The notes below the pieces were generated by a model. That model did no database searches and had not been told where the DNA came from. It was given only the letters and a program-made list of their open reading frames with translations. A stretch of 64,000 nt of DNA from Yuukianura sp. NJ FZ-2021 (Eukaryota), in the NCBI GenBank assembly GCA_046563655.1, contig CM102285.1:12586001-12650000 (forward strand), in the 5' to 3' direction. Both the position numbers and the translations under genes were made by a program. Positions 1 to 14,300 of the stretch are shown here, in pieces. Position 1 is the stretch's first letter; each line of letters opens with the position of its first letter.

Positions 1-3000
1 GACTTGTCGCCAGGAAAGTGTCATTTTCTAGTTATAACATTGTATGAGGTTGGGGTAACATTTTCAACTAGGCTATGCACGATGCACTTTAAACCCGCAC
101 TTCAAGTATACTTGGAGCGAAGAAGCGTTGAAAATGGTGACGATTTCAAAATGGCCGCAAATCGTTCTTTCACACGGTTAGAAGAAGAAGAAGCCCTGTG
201 GATTCGCTTCCATGCAAGAGCCTTATCGTTCTCACTCATCGCCATCTCCCTTCTATTATATTCTATTCAATTTGAAATGAAATTTTGAAATCTGATAAAG
301 AAACTTGAAAATCTGCCTCTGCTGGAACTTTAGCTTCTTCCAGCTTCACGATCTCAAGCACTTATGAACACTTTTTTGTTTAGAAGATTTTTGAATTCTG
401 TTTTACATCTTCATCTTCGGTGGTCCTTTTTCAAAAAAAATTGAGATTCAAAATTTTCATTTAGAGAAACGTATTAACTTTAAGTTTATCGAGACGCCGT
501 GGAGAGAAAATTTCATCAAAATTTTGGAGAAAGTTCTCGAGTTTTTTCAGTTTTACTCAACTTCTTTTTTTTTTTTTAGAAAGTTTAGGTTAGGTAAGTA
601 GAGTTTTTTTGAAATGAGAAACTGATGAAGTGACCCCCGTCTCTTCCAGTTCATCATTTTTAAGTGGACATGAACGAATGAACCAAGTTTTTTTTTTAAA
701 TTTCAAAAGAAGAAATCCCTGAATTGAATCTTGATTTGAATCTTTTTGTAAGTTAAAAGTTAAGAAGGCCCTTGTCACAAGGGCCAACACGTCTAGCTTC
801 CTTCGTAGACATTCTGACTCTTACTGCAAAGTACCCCCGGTGGAGGGCCCTTCCCTTACCTTTAAGGACCCCCTTCCAACTCTCCCTTCATACACACAAA
901 TACGTCAACGTCACTTAACCCATTTACTCATCCTTCATTTCACTCCTAACCAACCTCATAGTTCCCTTTGACAGTCTCAACCCTTTCCCACTTCAATCCT
1001 ACTCGGATCCATTTTCATCAAGAGAGTCCGAATTCGGAACTCTGGAAGAAAAAAACTGAAAAACTATTTTTGGGTTGTCCCTTCCAAATTGAAATTTCCT
1101 TAATTTTGACTATTTTCCCAAGGAAACTGATACACTGGGAACAAGCGACAGAAGAGCCGCAATTGAACCCTCTTTTGTCATTTTACTAAAGAAATTCCCT
1201 TGGGAGAAAGCATCCTTTGAAGTGAAATGGAACTTCCGAAGGGCTCCAATGACACTTTCAATTGGATTTAGCTCTGACTCCATTTCACATTTGAAACAAA
1301 CCACATTTTATACACTTTTGCATCAAAATTAGATTTTTGGAACCACCAAAGTTCCCATAATGTCGTTCGATTGTGTAGCAGGAGCCACAGTTCTTCTAAA
1401 AACGACAAAAATAATGCTCTGGGTACATTTATTTCTCAGGAAACTTTATATTTAGTACATTACGACACAGATATCCAATTCAAATTCTAGTTTTTCAATG
1501 AGTTTTTAAAACTCACGTTAAGCGAGATTTCATAGGAATTGCTTCTCAAATAAAATGAAATTCTGAAACTGAATTCATAGCTCTGCCTAAAAAATCAGTC
1601 AGAAGGAGACGCGGATTAAAATGTTTAATGAAGTTTGAAACAAAAACAATGGTTTTATTTTAATTCCTAACACTAATTGGAAAGCGACAAAAAATTAATT
1701 TAAGAGAAAGTCACTTTTTCCCAACTTACCCTAACTTAAACCTTTCACAGTGATTTCAGAATTTAAATTTTCCAAAACAAAATTTTTTTGCTGGTTTCAA
1801 AATTAAATTTTTTAATTTGAAATTACACTCTTTCACATTATCCTCCAACATACAGTTGTAAATGCTTTTCCAAGTTCCTGTGGAATCTGTCGCTTTCACT
1901 ATAGTTCATTACCAGACCAACTACAAGTGGACGGGCATTTGAACACGAAATTGACAGTTTTCAGTTTCGGACTGGACAAATCTTGTAGCAGATGTGACCA
2001 CCTACACTAAACAACGGATTTGGAACTAAATGAAACATTGTTCCGAGAGTTCCTGGATACCCGGGTATTTTCAAAATCCCTAATGCACACTAATCCGTAG
2101 GTTTATTGACAAAATCCTATTTTGACACGGAGACAATGGAAATGAAATCCGCAGTGTGGTTTTAAATTGAGCTCCATTCGTACTCCCCTACATTTTGACT
2201 TTTTCTAAAACTAAAATCTACACCCACCCTCTGTCTTTTTCAAAGCGTCTAAAATTTTAATATAAAAGGAGTTCTAAAATCAATTTGAAATTTTAATTTT
2301 TCTAATTACTCTTTCAGACTCTTTTGAAATAGGTTTAGACTCATGTTCTAAATTTCGAGAGATTAAAAACATTCTGTTCTAAAAATATTTTAGGAAAAGC
2401 AGTTTGAGAAAAGTAATTTTTTTCATTTCGGACTCGCGTGCATGTAAGAGTCGAATTTTCGTAAAAGACGCATTTAATTTTAAGTGTAGGAGGATTTTAG
2501 TGTTTAGCCTACGGAGAGGCAGAAGTGTCAAAGTAATTGTTGTGTTCTGTGTGTAAAAATATAGGAGCATTTAATTAGCATTTAGATGGTCAATTAACTT
2601 TCCTCGGTTTTTCTTCATAGGCACTAACTATTTCTTCTCACACTTTGAAAACATTTCCATGGGAAAATAGACTAGAAAATAGACATCTTTGAAGCTGCTA
2701 CTTCATTCTCAACTGAGTCGTTTACAAGCGATTTACTTAAATTTCCAAGCCGTGCCGGAAGCCTTTTTGAAATTGGATGACTTTCTTGGTTGAAATTTCT
2801 AATGTTTTTGGAACATTTTTAGAGAAAGCTGTAGCATGCTGCTTTCTCAGGTTTTTAAGTGTGAAAAGAATGAGGGAACGGAGCCCTTAGAGACCCATTT
2901 TAACGTAGGCAATGGACGTTAGGAGGGTACTTTACTTTCTTTTTTCATAGTATTTTGACTCTGGATCGTTTTAAAATGACTTTTTTAGAATGAAATTTTA

Positions 3001-6000
3001 AAAAAGAGATGAAAGTGTAGAATATGGTTGAAGAGGAATAATGAAGTGAGTAGTTAAGGGCCCTTTGGCTTCCAAAAAGTTATTCCATTTGATCAAGATA
3101 GGTCCTTTAAGTCCCATTTAGATTAAGGCGTTCCTCTCCGCATCTAATTTCCTATTGTCATCTCCCCCTTCTCCTTATTTCCCAATTTGTCACACTAGAA
3201 ACATTTTTCCGTATCCGAAAAACTGAAATGGATTTTTGAAAAAGATAAACTGCTATAAACCAAGTTAGCTCTGGGGACTTAGGGGAGAAAGTCACCCCTT
3301 TGTCAACTTTCTCCGGCATTCTAAATAAGCCTAATTTGAGCTGGAACTGAAACAAATTGCTCAATCAAAACAAACTTGTACAATGGTACGTTCAAATTCA
3401 AAATGAAAAGTTGAACCTTAAAAAAAAATCTGATTTTATGATTTCAACATTGCATTTTTGTGTTTATAGATTTCACAGGTTATAGAAGTGTCGAGCATTA
3501 CAATACAAACACACTACACACATCACGTCAACACACAACGACACAACTGATAAATTTTCCTGAAATTGAAGTTGAATTGGCCTGAAATTTTTTTCGTGGC
3601 TTCGGGATGCATCTTATACATCTTATTCATTAAATTTTGAAATTTTGAACAAATTTTACCGTAAATTTTCAGAATCAACTATGCTTTTACAATACACTGG
3701 CAATATCGGTAGCACGCAACTGTCAAATCTTTAAGACAACTATTCGAATCAGGCACGCAAAAACTTCCGGCGTCTAAATGAATTCGATTTACGAATTTTT
3801 CAAGATTGGAGATTCCAAATCGAGAAAAACTGAGAAAGTGCTTTGGAGTGTTTATTTATGTGTTAAAGTAGCTCTTGTTAAAACTTCTTGAAAGGAATTA
3901 CTAATGATATTTTACTGGTTTTGGTTTAAAATTTGTAGCCTCCATTGATTCAAAAGTTGGTGAGTTACGTTATGATGCAGCAGCACATTTCAGCTAATGC
4001 TGCTGACAATAGGTCCTTAATTCTAGATGGTTTAGTGGTAGTGGTTGGTGGTATGTTGTGTAATAAACATAACAATGGAAGCAAAGTCATAGGATTTTGT
4101 TAGTCACATTCGCAGCATCTTCGGTGGTAGAGGTTTCAATGGCCACAAGAAATCATGATTCAGAATAACTGCAGAGATGGAATAATGGTCTTGAGATCTC
4201 GTAAGATCTTGGAAGCCAACGTTAGTGTAAATGTCGTCACTTGTCTCGCCAGCTGAACCTTATGAAACTCCTTGGTGTTCCACTTGAACTTATGATTCTG
4301 TGGGCAAAACTTTAATTTGTAGCGGTGGTAGCCCTTAAGGGCTCCCTAACAATAGTTTACATAGCGTAGCTGACTTTTTGTATGATATGTTGTTGTGAAC
4401 CCGTATGACTTTTGTGGCCTTCGTCCCTCGTTTGGTCCATTGTCCTCGACCATAACTCCTTAACACATAGTTTTCCCTGAATTCAATGGAGTGTCAAAAG
4501 TTAGGGGCTGGAGCTGCTTCTTTACAGTTAACTTTGTCCTATTCACACTTTTCATAGTTGGTGACAAGGGCTAAGCAGCATTTTTTGAAAATGAAACTCC
4601 CAAGTTTTTGAATTTCTTTCGTGTTTGTAGGTACAAATGGCTTCCACCTCCTCCTTGTCCTCCCGACATGTCACAATTGTCCCACCACCAGAAGATGTAT
4701 GGAGACCTTGTGTCTATTTCAACTGTATCGGAATTAAATTCTTACAAGATTTGGACCATTTTGTAAGAAATTGTTCTTAAGGGGACCTGTGGGGGTCCCT
4801 TGACAGTTTTTGAGAAAGAGGGACACTGCGGACACAAAGCTAAGGTTAATTTGATGGGTGCGCACCTTCTTGACTTGTTGACTTGGGATTTTGGAAGTCC
4901 TGGGTCAAGCCGGACATGAACAGATCGAGCCAAGAATTTGTTTCAAGTCAAAGGGACCCCCTCAAGGGCCCTTTCTATGACAGAAAACAATGTCTCTGTG
5001 AAGTGAACAAAGTGAAGGGTGTAAGAAGAGGGATGCTGGAGGTTCATTTGAAATTCATACACGAGACGGGATGTCTTGGACTTCATCTTCCGTCAAAAGT
5101 GTTCAGAGGAGGCCTTAAACATTGTTTCAATTTCAATTCTTAACTTCCCCCTTTCAGATCAGATTACATGGGTTTTCATTAGACTTCAAAGAGTCCGCTT
5201 CAACAGCTTTTCGAAAATTCAAAATTTCAAGAAAAACTTTCAACAGTGGGGTCAAAAAAATAACAATGCGTTACTTCATTGTGAAAGTCACGCAAGAGTT
5301 TCATTCTCGTGAAAACGTGGTGAAAGTTCAACTTTTTGGAAGCTGGATTTTTTAGTCGAAATTTTTTAGTGGCTTAGTTTTGACACAAAACTTTTGAGTT
5401 AGAGTTTTATACTTTTATATAGTTGAAATTTTGAGTCGAAATTTTTTGGAAAAATTTTGAGTCGAAATTTTTTGGAGTCTGATTTTTTTGAAATTTCTTT
5501 TGGATGAGTCATAGCACTCGTTAGGACGAGGGGACTTAAGTACCTTGACTAACATAAATTAGGAGTGAGCTTCTTAAAGGTTGTTTTTTGACAATGAAGG
5601 AAAGAGATGAAAGATGATGATGACAGAGACGCTCTAGTTGGCGTTACTGCGCAGATTCCTCTTCCAAGTACAATAGGTTTCAATCAATGAGGTAATGGAC
5701 GCAAGGGGTCCTCCTGGGTGACAATGGACCTTGATCTGAACTGGTTTGAGCTCTGGTCCAAGTCCTAATTACGTAGGAATTGTTCGGAGGTTCAGGTGGT
5801 GCTAGTAGTAAGTGCTGACTAGCTTCTATTCATCTTCTCCTAAAAATTCTATTCTGTTTCGAAACAGCGTACAAAGATCAATCTTTTCTATTTTCAAAAA
5901 CATTTTTACGGGTTGCTCATGGAGTTACATTAAGCAAGCCCGGGTAGTACTAACGAGCCTCTTAAAATTTCATCGTTCAAATTCTTTTTCCAAATCAAAA

Positions 6001-8074
6001 TCAAAATTTTGAAAAGATAAAACCAACCAACATGTCCAAGAGCACAGCCAGCATTTTCATGACTTCCCAGTTTTGAATCTTTAAAAAATCAATGAAAGGC
6101 GAATCTTTTTGGTCAGATTTCGTTTTTAAATTGAAAGATTTAGTTTTTTGGTGAGTTTTTATTGCCGACACTTGGATTTGAGCTTATTTGGTGTTAGACT
6201 AAACAATATGTCAGATTCCTGTGCTAATGGAAAAGTGGTTAGGAGTACCATGTGCTAGAAACTACTGACAAGACAAATCTGATTGACAGTGAACTACACA
6301 GTTTACAAGGATGAAAGCTTAACCCTTTTTAATGGATTTTGGAAAAATCCAAATTGACAGAAAAGACTTTGTCAAATTGAACAACTTTTGTTCAATTTGT
6401 ACCCGAAGTGATGCTGTTCGTTGAAGTTTTGAAGTTGTGTGTATGTTAGTCCTCATGCCTGGTGATCTGTACAAGTGCCAAAGCGGGAAGATGAGATGTT
6501 GTTCAGGATAAGGATAAGTGATAAATTACTTTTACAGATCAACTTTGAATGGGAGGCGGACATCAGCTCTCGTTCCTAATTTCAAAAGGATCTTTACCAT
6601 TTTCATTTCAATTGACTATGAACACAGAACAATCCATATAAAGATATTAATTAACTGTACAGATTTTGGAAATCTTTTTGAAGGCTATTTCCAAAATGAA
6701 GCTTCGAAATGGGGTTTTTGTTCGAGCGAAAATCGGCGAATTTTTTATTCGGATCAAAACCCAGACAGGTTTTTTATACTTTCACTTTTTTGAAAAATAC
6801 TTTTGGTTGAAAGTAGGCTGAACCTATATTTGTAACCCTGTTGTGACAATTTCAGCGCTCACAACAGCGGTTTAAGTGGACACAATGAAGGTGAAGACTA
6901 TTGACCACGCCCAAGGGATGACGCCCGATCGGAAAGCACTTTTGGCCTCCATTTCTGTCCATTGTTTGGCAACTTTCAAAATTTGGGAAGGTTTTATGGG
7001 AGGGGAAGATGTGTGTCAGAGATAAAGAATAGATTGGTTAATGATAATATATTGGTGAACATGAAATGCTATAGAAAGTAAAAGGATTTCGAAAAATTCA
7101 ATAACTTTCTTTCAAAAAGCTTAAAATTTTAAAAAACCAACCTTGCCGTGTCATCGCATTTTGCTGACTAGTTGTGAATCCTATTGTTAGAAGATGTGAA
7201 TAGACCAGGCCTGAATTAAATGTCCAACGTTGGAGGTGTCATCATCATCCGAAGGGAGACTTATGGTAATGATGCGATAATATTTCACACCAAAGGTGCC
7301 AAATCCTTAACACCTACCCGGTTTCCACGCGCATCTTTGTCATTCACATAACAAAATACACAACTTATGTGTAAAAAGATGATTCGTACGTGTCTGAAAG
7401 CTATCTGTTGTGCTAAACTCAGAACAATTTAAGCCTCAAACGGAGCAAAGAAGACAATTTGGTTCAATTTGGACCAAAGAGACGTGAAAGTCATAATTCG
7501 TTTCTGTAAGAATTTGTTTTGAATGGAGGCAGGGTCCAAGGGAAGGGCTCCCTTGCTCTGTGTAAAAACTCATAAATTGTAGGATCATCCCTTTAGCCTT
7601 CCAAAAAGTGGCCAAACAAACTTCTTTTTTCCGCTGTTTTTGAACACTGGATAATCAAAAGTTAACACTGAAAGTGTCCCTTAGAGGACCACCAGGACTT
7701 GGAACATCAAGGAACCAAATAGGTGGGACTGCAGAACAAAGACTTTGAATAAAATATGGTTAGTAAATGAACAAAAGGGGCAGGGAGAGGGGCCCTTCCT
7801 TCTCTATTTAGTCCCATGGAGAAGTGTACTCTCGCTGTTTTACAATGGAACTTTCCAATGGATTCCTCAAAAGTCCCCTTTTCTTCTGCAAACAATGTAC
7901 CCTTGATTTCAGTTTGACTTCTAAGGGACACAGACGAAAGAAAAACGCAAAAATTTTTCAAAATTTCGATTCTCTAAAGTTTCTAAAATTTAACAAAATG
8001 CAAAAATCTTGCATGCCAGTTTTGCAAAGGTTGTTATTTCCACCACACAACTGCAAGCGTAACTTTTTAGCACA

Positions 8075-8605
8075 TAGCTAACAAATTTTTAGTTTTTTCA
8101 GAGTGCCTTCCTAAAGTTGAGCTGACTCATAGTTGCCTTTTTATGTATCACTGGCGTTCAGTTTTTCTTTTTAGGAATTTTTATGGAATTAACATTTTAT
8201 GATTTTGTGCAAATTAAATTTATTAATTAAATTTATTATTAATCCAAATTAAATTAAATTTATGTTCAAATTTTATTTTATCGTAACTAAACACGAACAA
8301 ACGAAAAACGCAAGAACGTTTCATTTCATTTTTAAAATTCAATAAAACGCAAAATTCTTGTTTGAGATTCCTACAAACATTTCTCGGGTATGCTTTTTTT
8401 CATGTTAACTTCAAACATAACACTATCGCGTAACTAACAAATTTTTAGTTTTTTTTTTCAGATGCTATCCTAATGTTAAATTGAGTCGGAATTCCATAAG
8501 TTGCCTTCTTTTATATCACTGGTGTCAAGTTTCTAAGAATTGCTTTTTATGATTTGGCATTAGTTTATGTGCAAATAATGTTTAAATTTGCTTTTATGTT
8601 AACTG
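8075..8605 (+). repeat. Old, diverged local tandem duplication (period ~355 bp)
   Basis: CTAACAAATTTTTAGTTTTTT..CAGA...AGTTGCCTT...TATCACTGG block occurs at ~8078-8160 and again at ~8434-8530, with collinear downstream similarity. Confidence 0.6.
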
Positions 8606-9912
8606 AAGCTGTGAGTGAGGAGTGCTTGAAGCAACTTAAAAGATTTTGATGACAAACTTCGTTAAAAGTTGACTAAAGCGAAACGCATGTGTGACCTGCA
8701 CATGTTGAAATGTCAAGTAGACCTCACACGGGGGTTGGGACAGGATGAGCCATGGTTTGTAAGGGGTTGCGGAAGAATTAAGTTTTCACGCTTCCTAATA
8801 AGATGAAGGGCCCCCCTTGTCAAACAAAGGAATTAGAACAAGATTAATGAGCAGACGGAAGCTGCTTCTTTTTGCGGAAACCGAAACTAAAGATTCAAGT
8901 TTACTGCAGTAACTCAGCTACTTGCTTCCAACTTCTGTTCTGCAGCTCATCCCAGTAACCTTTGACCTCTTGTGTCACTTTGCAATGAATGAAAGATCAC
9001 ATCTCGACCGAAACTCAGTTCTTGAACTGGAACACCTCTAGACACTAAGCAAACTGTGCTCAGCATCATCTTCGCATTACTTGATGTTTCACGGTAGCTT
9101 AATCGCGCTACTTCCGTACCATTGTAAATAATCCACAATTTAAAAATGGAAGATTCTCATGTTTTCGCAGTTTCTGTAACGGAATCAATTTGTATTGTGA
9201 CGGTAATTAAGGTATTATAATATAGAATTAATAATAAATAATATATGATATTAATATCACAATATTAATTATTTAATAGGTTATTAATTTAGGTAAAGAA
9301 ATGTTTTTGTAACTTCATAAAGTGTTGAAGTGCCGCTTGAAATAAAATATAAGTTGCTTCACGTTTTCATTCATAAATTTTCAGGTAGTAAAACGGGACA
9401 TGTCACACGTGATTTTTACTACGCCGCCGTAGTATGACGTAGAGCAAGTTCCATTTTGAGTTCATTCATAAAAACCGGAAGAGTTCATTTTCTTAACCTA
9501 CCTCCCACCAATGTCCTTACGAGTGCAAATTAAGTGCATATGTACTTTCTAAAGTATTTTTGTAACTTCTAAAGTAATTCTCACTCAAAATTGGTTAAAT
9601 TCATGTTAGTAATGGTTGTAATTACAAGGCAGAGAAGCAGTTTAACTTAACTGACGAGTTTTTAATTATGGTGAAAATTACACGCTAGATGAGCACTCAA
9701 AACATCAGCCAGAAAATTGGTTCTATATTGGAAAAACACAACTAATTACACGTGCCTTAACATTTAGCACGATGAAGTGATTAAGTTATTTTTACATAAC
9801 ACTAAGTTTAACTGAATGTGTTTAAACTAATAACTTGACTGACTTACGTAAGTTTGAACGTTTAAAATTGTGTTTCAAGCTTTCGAAATTGCGTTTCAAA
9901 ATTTCCGGTCGA

Positions 9913-10145
9913 GGTAAGGATTAGCGACCGTCATTGTAGCCGCACACTGTAGCCGCTCCGCCATTTTTTGTGGCTACAATGGGTGGCTACACCTGAGCGG
10001 CAACTTAAGTAGCCACTTTAACCTAACCTAACCTAACCTAAAGTGGCAACATAAGTTGCCACACAGTGTAGCCACCCATTGTAGCCACAAAAAATGGCGG
10101 AGCGGCTACACTGTGCGGCTACAATGACGGTCGTTAAAGCTTACC
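9913..10145. mobile_element. Palindromic MITE-like element, ~108-bp inverted arms around a (TAACC)4 loop
   Basis: Left arm GGTAAGGATTAGCGACCGTCATTGTAGCCGCAC...GCCACTTTA (9913-10020) is a near-perfect reverse complement of 10039-10145. GC-rich relative to flanks; no clear TSD. Confidence 0.75.
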
Positions 10146-11122
10146 CCAACCAAATTTCCTACGTATTGTTTCCACTTAACGGTAAAGTGTAACAAAGACC
10201 GTCGGGGTTAAAAAAAAGGCGTTGAGTTGCAATAAAAATTGATAGTAGAAAATTGCAGAGTTGGAGAGTGAATTTGGAGCCCTTGAAAAGTTGATCAATC
10301 AAGTGTCAAGGTTGACACGGAGGGAGTAACTATGGGTTCATAGTGGTGACTTGGCCACGCATTGTGTCTATCCCGCGTCTCCAGAATTGACTTTTCTAAA
10401 CAACGCAGTGATTGATTTGGGCTTGAGAGGACAATGGAGATTTATGTTGCTTGGTGTGTCGCCTTCACCTGGGGTCTGCCTTGGTGACATTTTGGTCATT
10501 GTTTGTGTCCTGCCGTTCAAGTCCTCTTATGGCTGGTGTCAATCAGTGCAGAATGGTCCGCCTTTTACTCTACATAACACGCCCTCCGAAGCCGCCCAGC
10601 CCTTCCAAACTGCATCCGCAACTGCATCTCGACCTCTACAGTTTTTTGTCCAAAGTCCCGTGGAACTTCCCCCTCTTCGGAAGCTGTTGATGGTAAGGGC
10701 AAACCCTCCGTTTGGCAGAAGCCAGGGACAACCAAATCCCAGAAGAAACACCATCATCCAAACGACTAGCTGCCCCGTCCCCCACTTCAAAGCTTCATGG
10801 CAGGCGCAGACTTTCAGTCGATACTCAAGTACAAGCCAGAGAGGTACAAGTGCTTAGAAGCCTCAAACAGTAGAATCAAAGCCCCTATTGACCAATACCC
10901 AATCAATTATTCAGAACCACTTCCAATTAGCCACAGTTTCAGTCCAAGAGACAGGAGAGGTCAGAGGTCACGAGAGGAGAAAGTTCGCTGCCAGACAAAA
11001 ATGTTGTCGTGGATTGTTAGGGAAATTGTCATTGACGTTTAAAAGTTCGCCCGCAGCAAGTACACTACTACAGCAAAATTCATAATTTTGTTCAAAATTT
11101 TGAAATTTTGAAAAGTGAAAGC

Positions 11123-11303
11123 ATGTTACCCGCCATCATGGACGACCCGTCGGCAATTCCTTCGACGAAACCGCGTTCTACAGATTTTTCTATCGCTGCG
11201 ATTATGTCTAAAGAGATCTCACACTCGACGCATCATCATCAAAGACGCAAAAGTCAAAGTTCCTCACCACCTTCCTTCATTGATAGTCCTACAAAGTCTA
11301 TAG
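11123..11303 (+). CDS. H15/mid (Tbx20): Tbx20 paralog A coding exon 1 (eh1 Groucho-binding motif)
   Basis: [31 protein letters not shown]...; donor AG|GTAAGC at 11304, phase 1 joins exon 2 in frame. Start could alternatively be the second ATG (MDDP). Confidence 0.85.
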
Positions 11304-14300
11304 GTAAGCAAGTAAAAACTAAAGTTTGGTTTCAAAATTTTTCCAAAATTTGGAAACTGTTTAAAAATTAGCAAAAATTTGAAACATAATGAATAGAGGT
11401 TCCTAGTTTTGCAAACGTTAGTGGGAATTTTAGCTTCAAAATTCGGAGGGGGGTGAAAGCAACTCCGGTGAAAGTTTTTGCATTTGAAAGCAAGGCAGAT
11501 TTTTTTTAAATCTGTCCTTTTTTTATTTGAATCGTTTTATTTGAATATTTATTTGAATTATTTGAATAGTTTTTGTTTACTTTTTTTTTAATTTTCAAAA
11601 TTTTGGAAATTGCAGATAGACTTTGTGGTAGTCAGCCCTTCTACAACTTTACTCCGCATCATCTTCATCAATTTCAAAACAGTCGAACCAACAGTCCATC
11701 CCACTCGTCCCATTCCCATCACTCAGAAATCGAAGATTTCTCAGAATCGAGTGACGACTATGAAAAAGACATTGACATTTGTGATGATGACAATAAAGTG
11801 ACATCGTCCGTTGAGACTCCTCTCAGTGGCAAAGATTTGGACGAAGATGAGGACGATGGCCTCTGTAGTCCAGGAATGGACAGACTCGGTTCTCCCGTTG
11901 ACATTGACGATAGCAGCAGTCCCCATCCGATCCGAATTCGACATCAGTCAAGCATGGACACGGTGGCTGAAAATGGCGGTGGGTCACCGAACAAGACTAC
12001 TACAAAACATCGTTCTAAAAAATCCTCTTCACGTCCTCCAAAAGTAGAAATGAAGGGAAAATGTAACTGTGAAGAACTGCTGTTAGTCAACTGTCACTTG
12101 GAAACCAAAGACTTGTGGGACAAATTCCATGACCTCGGGACTGAAATGATCATCACTAAAACTGGAAGGTGAGTAGTGCTTTTGATTTCATTTTGTTATG
12201 CTAGAGCCCCTTAAGGGCCTTCCTAAGAACCTTACTAAAAGCTAAGGCCCCCTTCTAGAATGATTATTGACCCTAATTTGTTTTGAAAATTTGAACGAAA
12301 CTTCTTAGGAAATTTTTACGACATTTTGAAAACACCCGAGTAGATCCCGTCATAATTAAATAAACCGTTACAATTCTAAATTACAAAACATAGTTTACAT
12401 TTTACTGCTTGAATTGGTCAAGTGCTCCCGTGACCTCGATGTAAACAAGGAGACACTTGGAAGTGGACAATGAGCGTCATACAGATTAGATCCTTGTCAA
12501 CGATTCTTAGGATATCCGTTTACCACTGCTGTTAAGTATTCGGAATTGCCTTGTTGACCTTTTAAAACAAAGAAAAGAACGGACCCTTAAGGGCCTCCTT
12601 AAGTTTCGATTATAAACATGTCCAGGATCAGATGAAGATGAAACAGCCATTGAGAAAACAGAAAAACGTAAAACTGAAAATTGTACCGAATTTTGAAGAT
12701 TCATGGTTACAAAATTGTATCCAAAAGGGTATGTTACGATGGTATACAACGTCTACAAAGTAAACGTTTCTGAAAAACAGTGTGATAGTATAGTTCTAAC
12801 TAATTTTGTGTTAAAAAGACGTTTCAAATTGCAGGGAAAATTTTCCTGGGTTGAAAACAGCCAAATCCCGCACAAATACTGAAAAAGCGATTAGTTATTC
12901 TATTGATTATCGATATGTGCGCTGTAACGCCCAAAATTTTCACAAATTAAAAAAAATCAGAAGGTCTGTATTTCATGCGGTAACAACTGTAATCAAAACT
13001 GTTCAAAGAAAATTTGTTTCTCCAAACGCTTTCACTTTTCGAAATTGACATTAACCTGAAGCACATAAGAAAACGATTCACAAAGCCTCCTTTTCTGTAA
13101 AACGTAAATCGGAAAAATTTGGAACACGTAAGTGATCATTTGGAGAGACGAAGCGCTTCCCTTTTGCTTTTCAAGTGGACCGCTTTTGAAAAAGCCGAAC
13201 CGACTAAAGGCTAAAACCAGTCCGTGCCCAAATGAGAAAAAAATTGGTTCAACTTTCTTTTTTAAAAAAGTTGAAAAAACAAAATTTCTACCGCACTGGA
13301 CTTAACGGCGGTTTTAAATACCTCCGCTGTGTTCTGTGTTGATAAAACATGAAGCCTTAAGTAGAGGAAAGACAGACTATATTTTCCTTAAGGATTTACT
13401 TAAGTACGAAGTAACTTTATTTTTTTTTAAAATGTTCTGTTTTAAAAGAAACCGACACTTTGCCCTTAAATTTATTTTACCCCCAAAATATCCTTAAAAA
13501 ACAGAAGAAAAAGAAACAGTTTTGTGTGGTAATTGATCCACTTGGGCCCTTCAAATACTAATGCGCATCTTTCCGAAATTAAGATTTCTTGGTAAGAAAA
13601 AAAAACTTTTAGAAAATGTCAAAAATAGAACAAAAAACCAGCTTAACATTATTTTCAGAATTTTTCAACACCAATTTAAAAAAAAAGTGGAATCAATTTT
13701 TATATTTTCTTTTATATAAAGTTTAGTCTTAAATAAACTTGACGCCGCTCAATTTTTCAAGATTGAATTCCATGGAAGATGCGGATTCTACATAAAAGTT
13801 AGGTTTGTGACACTATCCCACAAAACAATTTTTTAAACTTACGATTAGTTCGATTAATAGTTTACAATTTTTGGATGATTTGCGCATGTATTTTTCAAAA
13901 ATTGTTAAAATTCTATCCATCAATTGAGTACAGTCTATGTATTCCATGCTAACTCTAAAAATTTGTTGTTTTCTACAAAATTAAAAGCGCTTGAGGGCTA
14001 GCAAAAAAGAATTCGTTTCATTGAAGTGCCTCCACTTGATGTGAGGCCTAAGTAGCTTACACCATTGACCAATTTCGCATTAAATAACAAACGCTAAAGC
14101 GTAAAACCGTTTTGTTCAAGTCAAGCTCCAGCATTGTAAGTTTCAGGACGTGCAAAAGATTTAATCTCAATTTAAAGAGTCGTTTTGTTGAAAGACAAAG
14201 CAAAAGCGGATTTTAAAGCGTCGAAGAGCATATGGCTTCACTTCCAGAATGAATCTAATGACATGCTGTCTTACTCCAACCATTTCCAACTTTCCAGAGG

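Noticed and set aside
4..288. 94-aa ORF at the window start
   Set aside because: TTG start and no recognisable homology. An exon of a neighbouring gene cannot be excluded but is unsupported.
10351..10857. 168-aa ORF upstream of paralog A
   Set aside because: TTG start and no recognisable domain; more likely GC-richer promoter or 5' UTR sequence.
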